Positions 10,954-22,305 of a stretch of DNA of 64,000 nt are shown piece after piece. The notes under the pieces were generated by a model. The model saw only the letters and a list, made by a program, of their open reading frames with translations, was not told where the DNA came from and did not search any database. Made by a program: the position numbers and the translations under genes. Source of the DNA: Craspedostauros australis (Eukaryota); assembly GCA_030167865.1 (NCBI GenBank), contig JALAGF010003459.1, positions 1 to 64,000 of the forward strand, given 5' to 3'. Each line of letters opens with the position of its first letter. Positions within the stretch are counted from its first letter, which is position 1.

Positions 10954-11889
10954 ATGAGATCGCTCCTGCTCCTTTGTGCTTGGCTGGCATGCGTGCTGAG
11001 CAGCCACTCGCACGCGTTGGCTTCGGAAGAGTCTGCCACAGCGACGAAGGCGGAGGGCGACACCGACGTTGCATCTGGATCCTGTGCAAACGAGGATGTT
11101 GCGAGCAACACCACCGCCAGCGTCATCGCGGAAGATGACGATGACGAGGATGACGGCAAGGATGGTGATCATGACGAGGATGATCGGGGTTGGTGGAAGG
11201 AGGCGAATCTGACGTTGCAAACCGTCTACGACGACATCCTCGACTGCGACAAGTTCCTGGGCGAGCGCCCGATCCACAACGAATCCGTCTGGGCGATGTT
11301 GCGCGGTGCTTTCATGGGCATCAACGGGCCTGGCGAAGCTGCGGTGCCCATCGACTTTGACGATGGCTTCCTCGTGCCATTCGAGGTTAAGCAAATACCC
11401 AAGGCTGGAAGGGCCGTCTTTGCCACTGGCGCAATTGCGAACGGCACGAAGGTGTGGGAAGGAGCCTACGAGGCGTGCTTCTCGACCGGCCGGAAGTTCC
11501 GCTTCTTCCTCTCTGTGCTGCCAGATTACGTGGCATGCGATGTCATGGACTGGGCGTACACATTGGACATGGAGGTGTGCGTCGATCTCGATGAAGGTTC
11601 GCTGATCAATTCTGCCACTTTCGGAGACTTCGAGTGGCTGTCGATGGGCGACGACGTGATGGCGCAGAACATCGCAACCTGGTTCGACAATGCAACCGAA
11701 TCGTACTACCAGGTGGCCATCAGAGACATCGAGGCGGGAGACCAGCTCGTGACGAAGTACGACGCCTTCGAGGATCTGCAAGGGTGGATCGATCTCGGCC
11801 TTGGCGATTGGGGCGAGACGACTACCGCGCTTAGCACCGGAAAGTACGATACGCCGGAAGCAGCAGCCGCAGCCAAGGAGAAGAAATAA
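10954..11889 (+). CDS. Signal-peptide-bearing SET-domain methyltransferase-like protein
   Basis: Signal peptide MRSLLLLCAWLACVLSS and an acidic linker. SET motifs GRAVFATGAIANGTKVW, DEGSLINSA and AIRDIEAGDQLVTKY. Confidence 0.8.
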   Translation: MRSLLLLCAWLACVLSSHSHALASEESATATKAEGDTDVASGSCANEDVASNTTASVIAEDDDDEDDGKDGDHDEDDRGWWKEANLTLQTVYDDILDCDKFLGERPIHNESVWAMLRGAFMGINGPGEAAVPIDFDDGFLVPFEVKQIPKAGRAVFATGAIANGTKVWEGAYEACFSTGRKFRFFLSVLPDYVACDVMDWAYTLDMEVCVDLDEGSLINSATFGDFEWLSMGDDVMAQNIATWFDNATESYYQVAIRDIEAGDQLVTKYDAFEDLQGWIDLGLGDWGETTTALSTGKYDTPEAAAAAKEKK

Positions 11890-13122
11890 GAACGAAAGCA
11901 AGGAGACTTCAGGAGAGTTGCATGTATTCTACGAATGTGTGAGAGTGAGTCTTGCTCTTCGGTAGAAGAGCGCTGAGATCGATCTCCCTGTCATCCCGTT
12001 TTCAATTCAACATGGGATACGCGGTAATAATAGTATTAGATAAAAGTACGACATATTCATTCACGTGCATGGTTTTCCATGACTGACTTCTTCCCAAACG
12101 ATGAGCAGAAACAGAAAGAGCGCGAGTTCCCGGACTTCGAATCGGAGTTGTCGAAGTTCATGCCGCGCAAGCGACGTTCACGACTCCTGTCGGGATCCAA
12201 ATTGCGCCGTCCGACTTGCGCCATCCAACACGACTGAAGATGTGCATGACTCGCCACAATTTGGTGCGTCGCAAGTGTCCGCACGAATTTGTCGCCATAC
12301 AAGACGGCGACCGATCAGAAGTAGAGCAAGGCGATCGTGAAGCTGACGGTGGAGGGTAGTTCGTGCGCGAGTGCAGGATCGGCAGTCCATCATCGATGCA
12401 CATCAATCATGTTCTGGGTATTGCGTGTGCAAAGGCACGCCATCTCCAGATTGTGAGAGCCAGATAGATAGAGAGAGGGCCCAGATAGAGAGCGAGAGGA
12501 GAGGCTGCGACGTGATCCGCTGCTTCAGAACATCGCATTCGTGCGGTGGGGCATCATAGCAACACCATACGAGCCACAGGAGGCATACTCGTACAAGTAC
12601 GACCTACGGAAGTACGAATGCATCTATCGTCACCGGAAGGCATTGGTGAAGTTGCCTGCCACCTATTATACCATACATACCCGCACCATACTCCATTGTC
12701 CAGCCACCTCACTTTTTCTCCGCCACATTGCGAGCAGATCAATTAGCTCACGTACCGTGCGAGTACCACACACAGCTGCTTTGCATTGGCATCACTCTGC
12801 TCGTCCGAGTGCTCAACGGGGGCGAATCTTCCGCATCAACATTGCCAAAGAGACACGGCCAACAAGGAGGCGTTGCATTTGATCGAGACGCGTACTCGTA
12901 CACGAGCAACTGTGCTTGCACCATACATGTCGGCTTTGGAGTCTCCATTGATGGTCATCACCTACTGAACGCTTCGAAGTGAACATAAGCACTCGGTGTC
13001 CGGTCCTACTATACAAATAGATGCGAAACGAAACCTGCGAAGAGGGCATCATACATATTAGTACGCAGAGGAACGGATAGACACCATCTCACCGACTCTA
13101 CACATACGTACCCGAGCGAGCT

Positions 13123-16100
13123 ATGTACACCGACATGCCACTCGCCAACACCACAGAGTCATCAAACAACATGGTGCGACGTCAAACCAAGCCAGCACGT
13201 GCCCTCACGAAGAGTGCATCGATGTCCGGATCAACTGCAAGAACACGAAGGAGGAGGAAGACGACAACGACTGCCACGACGACGACCACGACAATGACCA
13301 CGACGAACAGCTTGACATCCAGATTACATGCCAACAGCAGGATCAACCGCTATGCCATTCTGATCTTCGCGGTTGCGTTCATTCTTCAGACCTCATCACG
13401 GAACAACGGCATCGTCGTTGTTCATGCACAGATCTCCCCTTTCGCTTGCGAACCATCACGTGATCGATGTCCGTTCCAGTTTGATCGAACCTGTAACCGA
13501 GGATTGGGCATCGAAGGCTGCGATGACAGCGGAGACTGCTTCGATTGCGATCCATGCCGCGCTCACGACTTGGATTGCGCCGGCTGTTCCAGCCAGCCGG
13601 AATGCCGGTGGTGTCCGGGTGATGCCATGTGCTCATCAGTGGGACACAAGGTCAACCTTGGCAACCACTTCCAAACGTCCTGCCCGTTGGCATCAGACTG
13701 GAAGGCGACAAACATGTGCGATGACAGCAATCATGTCTTCAGGTATGTCATCGTTGTTGCACGCATCCTCCTATGTATCATGCCCATGATCTGCCAACAT
13801 TGATGCAGGTCCAATTCGATTCAATCAACTTCATTCCGCGTCAACTTACACCATTCTACTTTGTTGCACTCTCCTCAACTCTCCTCCATTATATTGCACT
13901 CTATTCCACTGCACTCGCACTGCGCTTGCTGCTGCACGTCTATGAATTCCTTTCTTGGCACAATCGTTTTAGTGACCCCTTGTACTCGGCGCAGCAGTGG
14001 GTTTTTGACATGATCGATGTGGAACCGGTCTGGAGACAGAACATCTACGGCAACGGCGTGAACATTCGAATCAACGACGCTGGAGTGGACTTCAACCATC
14101 CAGAATTCGCAGGACGGGCAGACATCGAAAACTCTTGCGAGAATTACCTCCCATCCCAGAGGAGCGCGCAGCACGGAACCACCGTCGCATCCATCATGGC
14201 CGGCGGCAAGAACAACGGACAATGCTCCGTGGGCATAGCGCCGGAGACCACGCTCTCATCGTGCGACATCATCCTGGATCGCCGTTCCTTCGGTCGCAAG
14301 CACGAAACCATCGACATCAGCCAGAACTCATGGGGAGTCTCGGCATGCCGATCAAAGAAGCAATCCAGAAGGAACCTGCAGACCGCTGAATGCCCCCTTA
14401 TCCCCAAAACCGGCTTCCCTTGCGTGAGCTGCGACTTCTCCGCCGACACATTGTCCAGCCGTTGCGAACAGGATATCATCTCCTACTGCAGGGTCAGAAC
14501 GAACTACGAGGCGGATGCTGGGTGCGTGGAGTTTCTGGATCTCTTTGTGGAGTGCAACTACAACACCCTCTCCCAGCATGATCAGAGGGTGCTCAATGAG
14601 GGCGTCACGCAAGGACGAGATGGAAAGGGAATTCTCTTTGCATTCGCTGCGGGCAACAGCTTTCATCTGGGCGATGACACAAACTTCTTGGGTCTCGTCA
14701 ATTCGCGGTTCACCATCTCGGTGGGTTCGGTGGGCCGCGACGGAAAACACGCCGCGTACTCGACGTCCGGCGCAGCACTGCTGGTGAGTGCACCGGGCGG
14801 CGATTCCGAAGATATCAACCACCAGCTCGTTGCTCGGGCTGGAGGTGGTTGCCGCCACAGCGGACAGGGCACCTCGTTCGCGGTGCCTGTGGTATCGGGC
14901 GTTCTGGCGTTGATGCTGGAGGCAAATCCAGATCTTGGCTGGAGAGACGTGCAAGGTATCATCGCCAAGACGTCTGTGGATGTTCAGGACATCTTCGACA
15001 AGACCTACGCGACCAACGCGGCAGGATACAGCCATTCCAATCTGTACGGGTTTGGGATTGTCAATGCGAATTCTGCTGTTGCCTTGGCACGAACATGGAC
15101 GAACTACGAGCAAGAGCAGATGGTGATGACAGAATCCGACAGCTTGGATGTGGCAATCACAGACGACAGCGCAAGGATCGAGTCCACGTTGAAGATCGAG
15201 GGTGAAGTAGGCATGGTCGCCGAATCTGTGCTCGTGTATTTGGACCTCAGCCATGCAACGCGTGGCGACTTACTGATCACATTGGAGTCGCCATCCGGCA
15301 CGCAGTCGGTGTTACACCCAAGCTTCCGCCCAGAGAGCAACCAGCTGGGCAAGCAAGAGCGGATGAAGCTGATGACGGTACGAAATTGGGGAGAGACTAT
15401 TGCCGGCGATTGGACTCTGACCATCAAGGATGAAAATCCGAGCCACGATGATGAGGGATGCACGGACTTTCGATCCACTTTTAATGCTGGTGCCTTGTCC
15501 TTCGAATGCAGCGACGTTCCATCGTTGACAAGAACCATCTGCGAGGATGGCGAAGTTGTGGAAGATACGGCATTTGAGATCAAGTCTACTGATGGGATAA
15601 CATTGGCAGAGTCGTGCTGTCTGTGCGGCGGCGGCCAACGGAGTTCGGACGTCACGAATGTTCTGCATTCCTGGAAACTCGTGGTGTACGGTCACAGCGA
15701 GAGCGAGCCAACGTCGGGTCCAACTCCTTCACCCACTGCCACACCGACTGCCACGCCGACCCTTCTTCCGACCGTTTCGCCAACAAACTTCCCAACAGCA
15801 TCGCCAACTCGTTCACCGACAGCGCCACCAACTTCATCTCCTTCCCTGTCACCAACGCTGCCACCAACGCTATCCCCGACGTTGTTGCCCACATTGCTAC
15901 CAACGCTGTCCCCGACGCTATCGCCAACACTGTCACCAACGCTGTCACCGACATCGTTGCCAACAAGCGCGCCAACTCATGCGCCCACCCCAATGCCAAC
16001 TTTCAGTCCTTCGAAGGGTCCTTCGAAGAGGCCTTCACAGAGGCCGACGGTTTCGTCGGCGCCTCCTTCGATGACTCTGTCACAAGGGCCCACATCCACG

Positions 16101-16766
16101 GCAACCAGTTCTGTGCCGAGCAGCGCCCCCACCGTCTCACGTGAGCAACGATCATTGGGGCCAATCGACGGCGTGAATTTCGACAGCCCGCTGGGCCAAA
16201 ACACGTCACCACCAAGCATGACTTCTGAGAACATCTTTGACACCGACACGGACTCCCCATCGACGATGCCAACTAGCGGACCAAGCCTTGTATCATCGAG
16301 TAGCCCCAGCCTGGCAAGTGAGCAACCCAGCCAGCAACCCAGTCAATCGCCAAGTCAGTCGCCGAGCCAACCACTGCCGTCGCAGTCACCTTCGTCCACT
16401 CCATCTGCAACCCCTACAACTCTCCCAACGCAGACGCCAACACGGAGTCCTTCGACAGTGCCTTCCAGCGCACCGTCTCCGTCACCATCGACTCCGCCCT
16501 CAGAAAGTCCGTCGGATCAACCATCCGGTCTGCCTTCGTCGACGCCGAGCGATTCGCCGTCCTCGCATCCGTCTTTGCTTCCTTCCAGCATGCCGAGCGG
16601 CCCCACAAGCCTCGTGCCCACCTCATCGCCAAGCAATCCTCAGGTGGAATCTCCAACCTCAACCGCGTTGCTCCAAGACAGCGACGCAAGATCCGCATGG
16701 CATCAGTGCGCGACGACACTGGTGATTCCATCCATCATCACTTGCCTCCTACTGCTTACAATATGA
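13123..16766 (+). CDS. Subtilisin/kexin-like proprotein convertase (S8 + P domain) with Cys-rich N-terminus and Pro/Ser/Thr-rich tail
   Basis: Exons 13123-13742 and 13973-16766 (intron GTATGT...TAG joins FS|DPLY). Catalytic INDAGVD, HGTTVA, AAGN and GTSFAVP; P-domain HATRGDL...WGE...W.L; hydrophobic C-terminus. The start Met is uncertain. Confidence 0.9.
15700..16660 (+). repeat. Coding SPT/PTL/PSxxPS repeats (mucin-like stalk)
   Basis: Tetrapeptide repeats SPTL/LPTL/PSQS within the convertase ORF. Confidence 0.85.
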
Positions 16767-18196
16767 GATTGCATTGACGGCGTGGCAAATACGCTCGAAG
16801 AGTTCCAGCGGTTGGACTGCTGGGACTTGGCGCCAAACAAGCAAATCGGGCAGGGTGCTTACCATACCATACCATGTAAGGCATACATATCACTCGTATC
16901 ATAGGCAACCCATCATAGAGTAGAGTAGAAACCTTGCCAACACGATTATGTATCCCCGCTCCAGTCAATCATATCTTTGGCGATGGATCGTGCACGAGTC
17001 GTGTTGCGGAGAGTCACAGTTGGTGGTGAACAGCGAAGTCACTCACCCGCATCCAGTGACGGCGCAAGAGAAAGTCTTGGCGAAGATTGTTGCCATAATC
17101 GTAGCTGCGCCTCCGGCCGACGTTCTCCGTCTCTCTGTCTCTCTCTCTCTAATTCGTCTCCGTCATCGACACGGGCTTGAGGACGCGTGATGGCGGTGAA
17201 GTCGACAGTCAGTGATGCCATCCATGATGCCTTCAGTGACGCACCGCGTGTGGTCTGACGGCAAGGGAGGAGAATGACATCAGCAGCAGCATCAACATCG
17301 GCATCATGATGCCCATCACACAAGACATGGGTCACATGACGAGCAGTCACATCGATGTCAACTCCAATCATGACTCCTGTCCACCAGCACACAGATACCA
17401 TACATTGTTCTCCTCCTCTTTGCTCTTCGCGGAGCGGACGGCACAAAATGGCGCCGTCGTTGATGTTGTGGAGAAAAACAGCATCGCGTCCCTCACTTTG
17501 TGACATCTGACATCAACGAAGATGTTCTTCATTGCAGAAGCTCTGACGTCAGGGTGACAAAAATACCATTTTATCATCTCTGTTGACGCGAGGAATCCTT
17601 TGAAGGTTCGCGTTCTCGAGCCACTGCTTCTCGTTTGTTGTCACGAGATTGCGACATCTGCAGAAATCTGCGGAGGCTTTCCAGCTCACAAAACAAGCAG
17701 ACAGACGAAGCAGCAATCCAGAGACACCACACCCACGAGCTTCTGCACCCACACCATCACCAATTCGCGCGCGCACAGAAACGAACGCAAACAGCGAAAG
17801 CAACGCCCGTCACACCATCACAGGGACATCGGCTGACACCCCCAATCACACACGACAAGAAGGGTCGCAATTGCGCAGATCTCGGCCATACGTACCCAGC
17901 GCACCAACCACTCGCGAGGGATCGCATTCTGCCTGCCCCAAACCAGAACTCGCACTTCACGCCTCTCCTCTGTGCCTGTCCGCCCTTGGATCCGACGCCA
18001 CGCGATCGTTTCTTCCTGAATCTTCTTCCGCTTCGTTTCCCACCAACCGCTCACAAAAAAAACGAAGAACCGCCGACAACTGCCGACGATCCAGCTACAC
18101 ACACCCCTTCCTTGCTGCTAAAGCCTCCATCCATCAACTCCAATACTCCACTCTGCTCCACTCAACACGCCATATCAACAATAAAATCGTTCCACC

Positions 18197-20943
18197 ATGT
18201 TGACGACACCATCGGCAAGCCGTATCTTCTTCCGCCACCTGTTGCGCCAGCAACCGAATGTGCTCGGCCGCGCTCTGTCCACGTCTGCGGTCACGATGGG
18301 CTCTGGCTTCGCCGCCGCCCAGGCTCCGTCGAAGGTATGTCTGACATCTTCACCAGACGATACTGCACTCTCCAATGCAAGAATGCATGCATGCACGTGC
18401 TTGTGCTTCAATGTCTGCTTTGCTTCGACATGACCCAATCCTCGACGAGGCAACGCAATCGAACGCAAATTCACAAGCAACAGCCACGTCATCTCTCGTC
18501 ATCTCTCGTCAGCCCTCATCGACTCACAAAACCACGCTTGCTTGGTTGCTTGCTTGCTTGCTTTCCTTCTCTCTGCATGATGGTTCGGCTTCTGTTTGTG
18601 CTGAACTCCTACGTTCGACGAAATCTTATCGGCGCATGTACTTGTGAATGGCTCTGCCATGTGTTCCAACTGCCTCCCCGTCCCAGCCATCGTCCGTCTG
18701 GGCGCCATCCAAGCTGACCAACCAACGCATGCGTTGGAAGAGCACCATGCCTCTTGACCCTCCCAGCGGCCGAACGACGGCAGAATCGAGGGATACCTAC
18801 AACGTGTCCCGCACCGTCGTGGGTACCGATGCTTGCAAGCAGGTTGGATTGGACGATCTCGGCATCACCGGAATCACCACCCTCTACCGCAACCTGACCT
18901 ACCAAGAGCTCTTTGAGCACGAGCAGGCCAACAACGAAGGCGTCGTGGCCAAGGCGGACAACGGCGACACCTTTACGGTCGACACTGGCAAATTCACGGG
19001 ACGATCGCCAAAGGACAAGTTCGTCGTCAAGAATGCCGGCTCCGAGTCCGAGGCCAACATCGATTGGAACGACGTCAACCAGCCCACGACACCACAGGTC
19101 TTCAAGGACCTCTACGAGAAGGCCGTCGCACATTTTAACACTCGTGAAACCGCCTACATCTTCGATGGGTACGCTGGAGCCAACCCAGCGTCACGCAAGA
19201 AGGTCCGCTTCGTCCACGAGATGGCGTGGCAGCAGCACTTCGTTTCCAACATGTTCATCCGGCCAGAATCTCCAGAGGAACTGGACGGCTTCGAACCTGA
19301 CTTCACCATCATCAACTGCTGCTCCCAGGTGGAGGAGGAATGGGAGCGACACGGCCTCAACTCCGACACTGCGGTCGTCTTCAACATCGAAGAGAAGAAG
19401 GCAGTCATCTTCGGCACGTGGTACGGAGGCGAGAACAAGAAGGGCGTGTTCTCCCTCATGAACTACTGGCTGCCAATGAGCGACCCACCACAGTTCCCCA
19501 TGCACTGTTCTGCCAACGTCGGCAAGGAGGGTGACGTGGCCCTCTTCTTTGGCTTGAGCGGTACCGGCAAGACCACCTTGTCCGCTGATCCGCACCGAGC
19601 TCTCATCGGAGACGACGAACACGGATGGGACGAGGATGGTGTCTACAACTTCGAAGGTGGCTGCTACGCCAAGACCATCAACTTGCAAGAGAGCACAGGT
19701 ACGTCTACTGCCATGACTCTGGTAAAGCATCGCTGCGCCGCTGCCCATTGTTTCCAAACACGACAATGAGGCATGCTGCCCACTCAGGCAACCCCATGAT
19801 CTGGTTCTGTGCAACAATAACGTTGGCGCTGTTGACGCTGTTCAATAATGCGTCGAAACTCACACGTTGCTTCTTCATCTGTCATCTTCCTCATTTCTCC
19901 ATGTCGCTGCCCAACAGAACCCGATATCTATCACGCAATCAAAACCGATGCTCTTCTCGAGAATGTCAAGATCCAAGATGACGCGACGCCCGATTTCTTC
20001 GATGTCTCCAAGACAGAGAACGGCCGCGTCTCTTACCCAATCTTCCACATCCCAAACTACGTACGTCCATCCATCCCTGTTGAAGTGTGTCTTGTGATAT
20101 GACGTATTGCATCATCGCAAATCGCTGTGTTGTTCCCACCGCTATGAATCCTTGCACAGCCACATGGTATGGGTAGTTGCTGAGCACACCATCATTTGCC
20201 ACCACAAGTCGATGCTCACACGCCTTCTTTCATCACGATCATGTATCATCAACGTCAACATCAACGTCAACATTCATAACACTATCAACTGTACTGCCTG
20301 ACACTTGCATTTGAAATTCGTTCATCTTCGCCAATGCGAATAACAGCACGAGAAGCAAATGGCTGGCCACCCAGAGAACATCATCTTCTTGTCTTGTGAC
20401 GCATTCGGAGTGCTGCCACCCGTGGCGAAGTTGTCCTCCGGCCAAGCCATGTACCACTTCCTCTCCGGCTATACAGCCAAGGTCGCGGGTACAGAACGCG
20501 GCATCACGGAGCCCGTGGCAACATTCAGCACGTGCTTTGGTGCGGCGTTCATGACCTTGCACCCAACTCGGTACGCCGACTTGCTGCAGCACAAGCTCGA
20601 CAAGTACGGATCGCACGCCTATCTCGTGAACTCCGGGTGGTCTGGTGGTCCCTACGGCGAAGGTGACCGCATGAGCATCAAGACAACGCGCAGCTGCATC
20701 GATGCCATCCTGAACGGTTCCATCCAGGAGGCCGAATTCCAGAAGGACCCGATTTTCGGTTTCGATGTCCCAGTCGCGCTTGACGGTGTCGATCCAGCCG
20801 TGCTTGACATCCGCGGAACCTGGGCGGACGGTGCCAAGTACGATGCTCAGGCCAAGAAGCTTGCAGACATGTACGTAGACAACTTCCAGCAGTACGAAGG
20901 CAAGGGATCCATTGACTACACGCAATTCGGACCAACCATCTAA
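18197..20943 (+). CDS. PCK1: Phosphoenolpyruvate carboxykinase (ATP), probably mitochondrial
   Basis: Exons 18197-18334, 18687-19698, 19918-20060 and 20347-20943 with GT-AG introns in consistent phase. Motifs [36 protein letters not shown] and FEGGCYAK; Arg-rich presequence. Confidence 0.96.
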
Positions 20944-21759
20944 AATCAAGTACACATGCTGGAGTGTGAGTACAGAGGCAGCTCCTCGTGACGCGACACA
21001 CAACAAACAATGCACAGCAGAAAGGAGGCAAGTAGCAGTGCCTACGCTTCCTCTATCGTTGCTGGACCATACCTGTATTCCATACTCGTGCCGTACTCCA
21101 CACCTGATGGCATCTCGGCATTCGTGATTTTGCCAATGTGCCACGATCCACAGCCTACCTCATTTCTTGAGTGGAATTGGCTGATCGGGGATGACTGCCA
21201 ATGCACGCTCCTCCTGGTGGAGAGTATCGAAGTCCTCTCGATTTATTTATACATGTGCCAACGCACGAACATTCCGTTCCACAAAGGATCAGGCTTTGTT
21301 CATTGCGTTGCATTTCATACGGCACTTACCTACTTCATACAGAACAACATACAGCTTACTATACTCATACATAACTCTAAAAAGGATTTGACACCATTGC
21401 ATGCGAATATACTGTTCCACAAGCATGTGCGTAAAGACGTCAAGAACAAGCTCCAAAGGGATGAGCACACGATTGGCACCACCGTTCCCGCCGACTTCAT
21501 TCATCTGCAGTATGTACAGTATGATGCGCTGATCTAAACTGTTCGATTCGCAACCTACGGATACAGTTCTACTAATGGTACAGCGTGCATGCGTGATCAT
21601 TCTTCCGAGTCTCCAGTGCATCAGCATGTTGTCAAGGATGGGGCAGGTGGACTGCACGTAGATGCGTTGAATGGTGGCCCTATCACCGGCAACGGCACAA
21701 GCGCAGGAACCAGCACAAACACCAGCATCCTGGCACGACATAGACTCCATCTGGTGTGC

Positions 21760-22305
21760 TTACAGCAGATCGAAATCATCCAGCTTGTCATTGTACTTGG
21801 CGACGGTGCGTCGCACCTTGGAGCTGTCCACCCATGTGACGTAATCCTCCAGGGCCTTGGTGACCAGAAAGGCGGGATCCGTGACTACGTGCGGACCCAC
21901 GCGCACCTGCCCCTGCTCCACGAAGGTGACGGCCGTCCTCATGGTCTCCGCCATCTTCAATCGCACCATGATCACCGGCAGCCGCCGTCTGCACAGCGCC
22001 GATGCCGTGACGTCCTCCGCGTTCTTGAGCGACGTCACCTTGTGTATCAGGCCCAGATCGCACATCTTGGTGAGCAGCTGGTCCGTCATGGCCACGCGAA
22101 ACGGATCGCTGGCCTCCAGCGTCTTGAGCTTGGCGGCCAGCTTCGTGATCATGCCGCAGATGCGGGTGTAGGCAGTGTAGTCCTCCCTGTTCTGGATGTG
22201 ATACCGTCTGAGGATCTTGGCCACCCGGAGGTTGTTTTCACCTTTCCAGGAGTACAGGTCCACCTTGCGGAGCAGCTTCTTCTCATGGTACTTTAGTTCT
22301 CTCAT
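21760..22305 (-). CDS. IMP3: U3 snoRNP protein IMP3 (S4 domain)
   Basis: MRELKYHEKKLLRKVD, LCRRRLP, EQGQVRVGP, DPAFLVT and EDYVTWVD. Confidence 0.96.
   Translation of the reverse strand: MRELKYHEKKLLRKVDLYSWKGENNLRVAKILRRYHIQNREDYTAYTRICGMITKLAAKLKTLEASDPFRVAMTDQLLTKMCDLGLIHKVTSLKNAEDVTASALCRRRLPVIMVRLKMAETMRTAVTFVEQGQVRVGPHVVTDPAFLVTKALEDYVTWVDSSKVRRTVAKYNDKLDDFDLL

Noticed and set aside
12080-12240. Short coding-like stretch MTDFFPNDEQKQKEREFPDFESELSKFMP
   Set aside because: About 50 aa with no recognisable family or splice partners; at most a gene relic.
17635-18717. 360-aa ORF
   Set aside because: Runs through the PEPCK promoter, exon 1 and intron 1 in a different frame.
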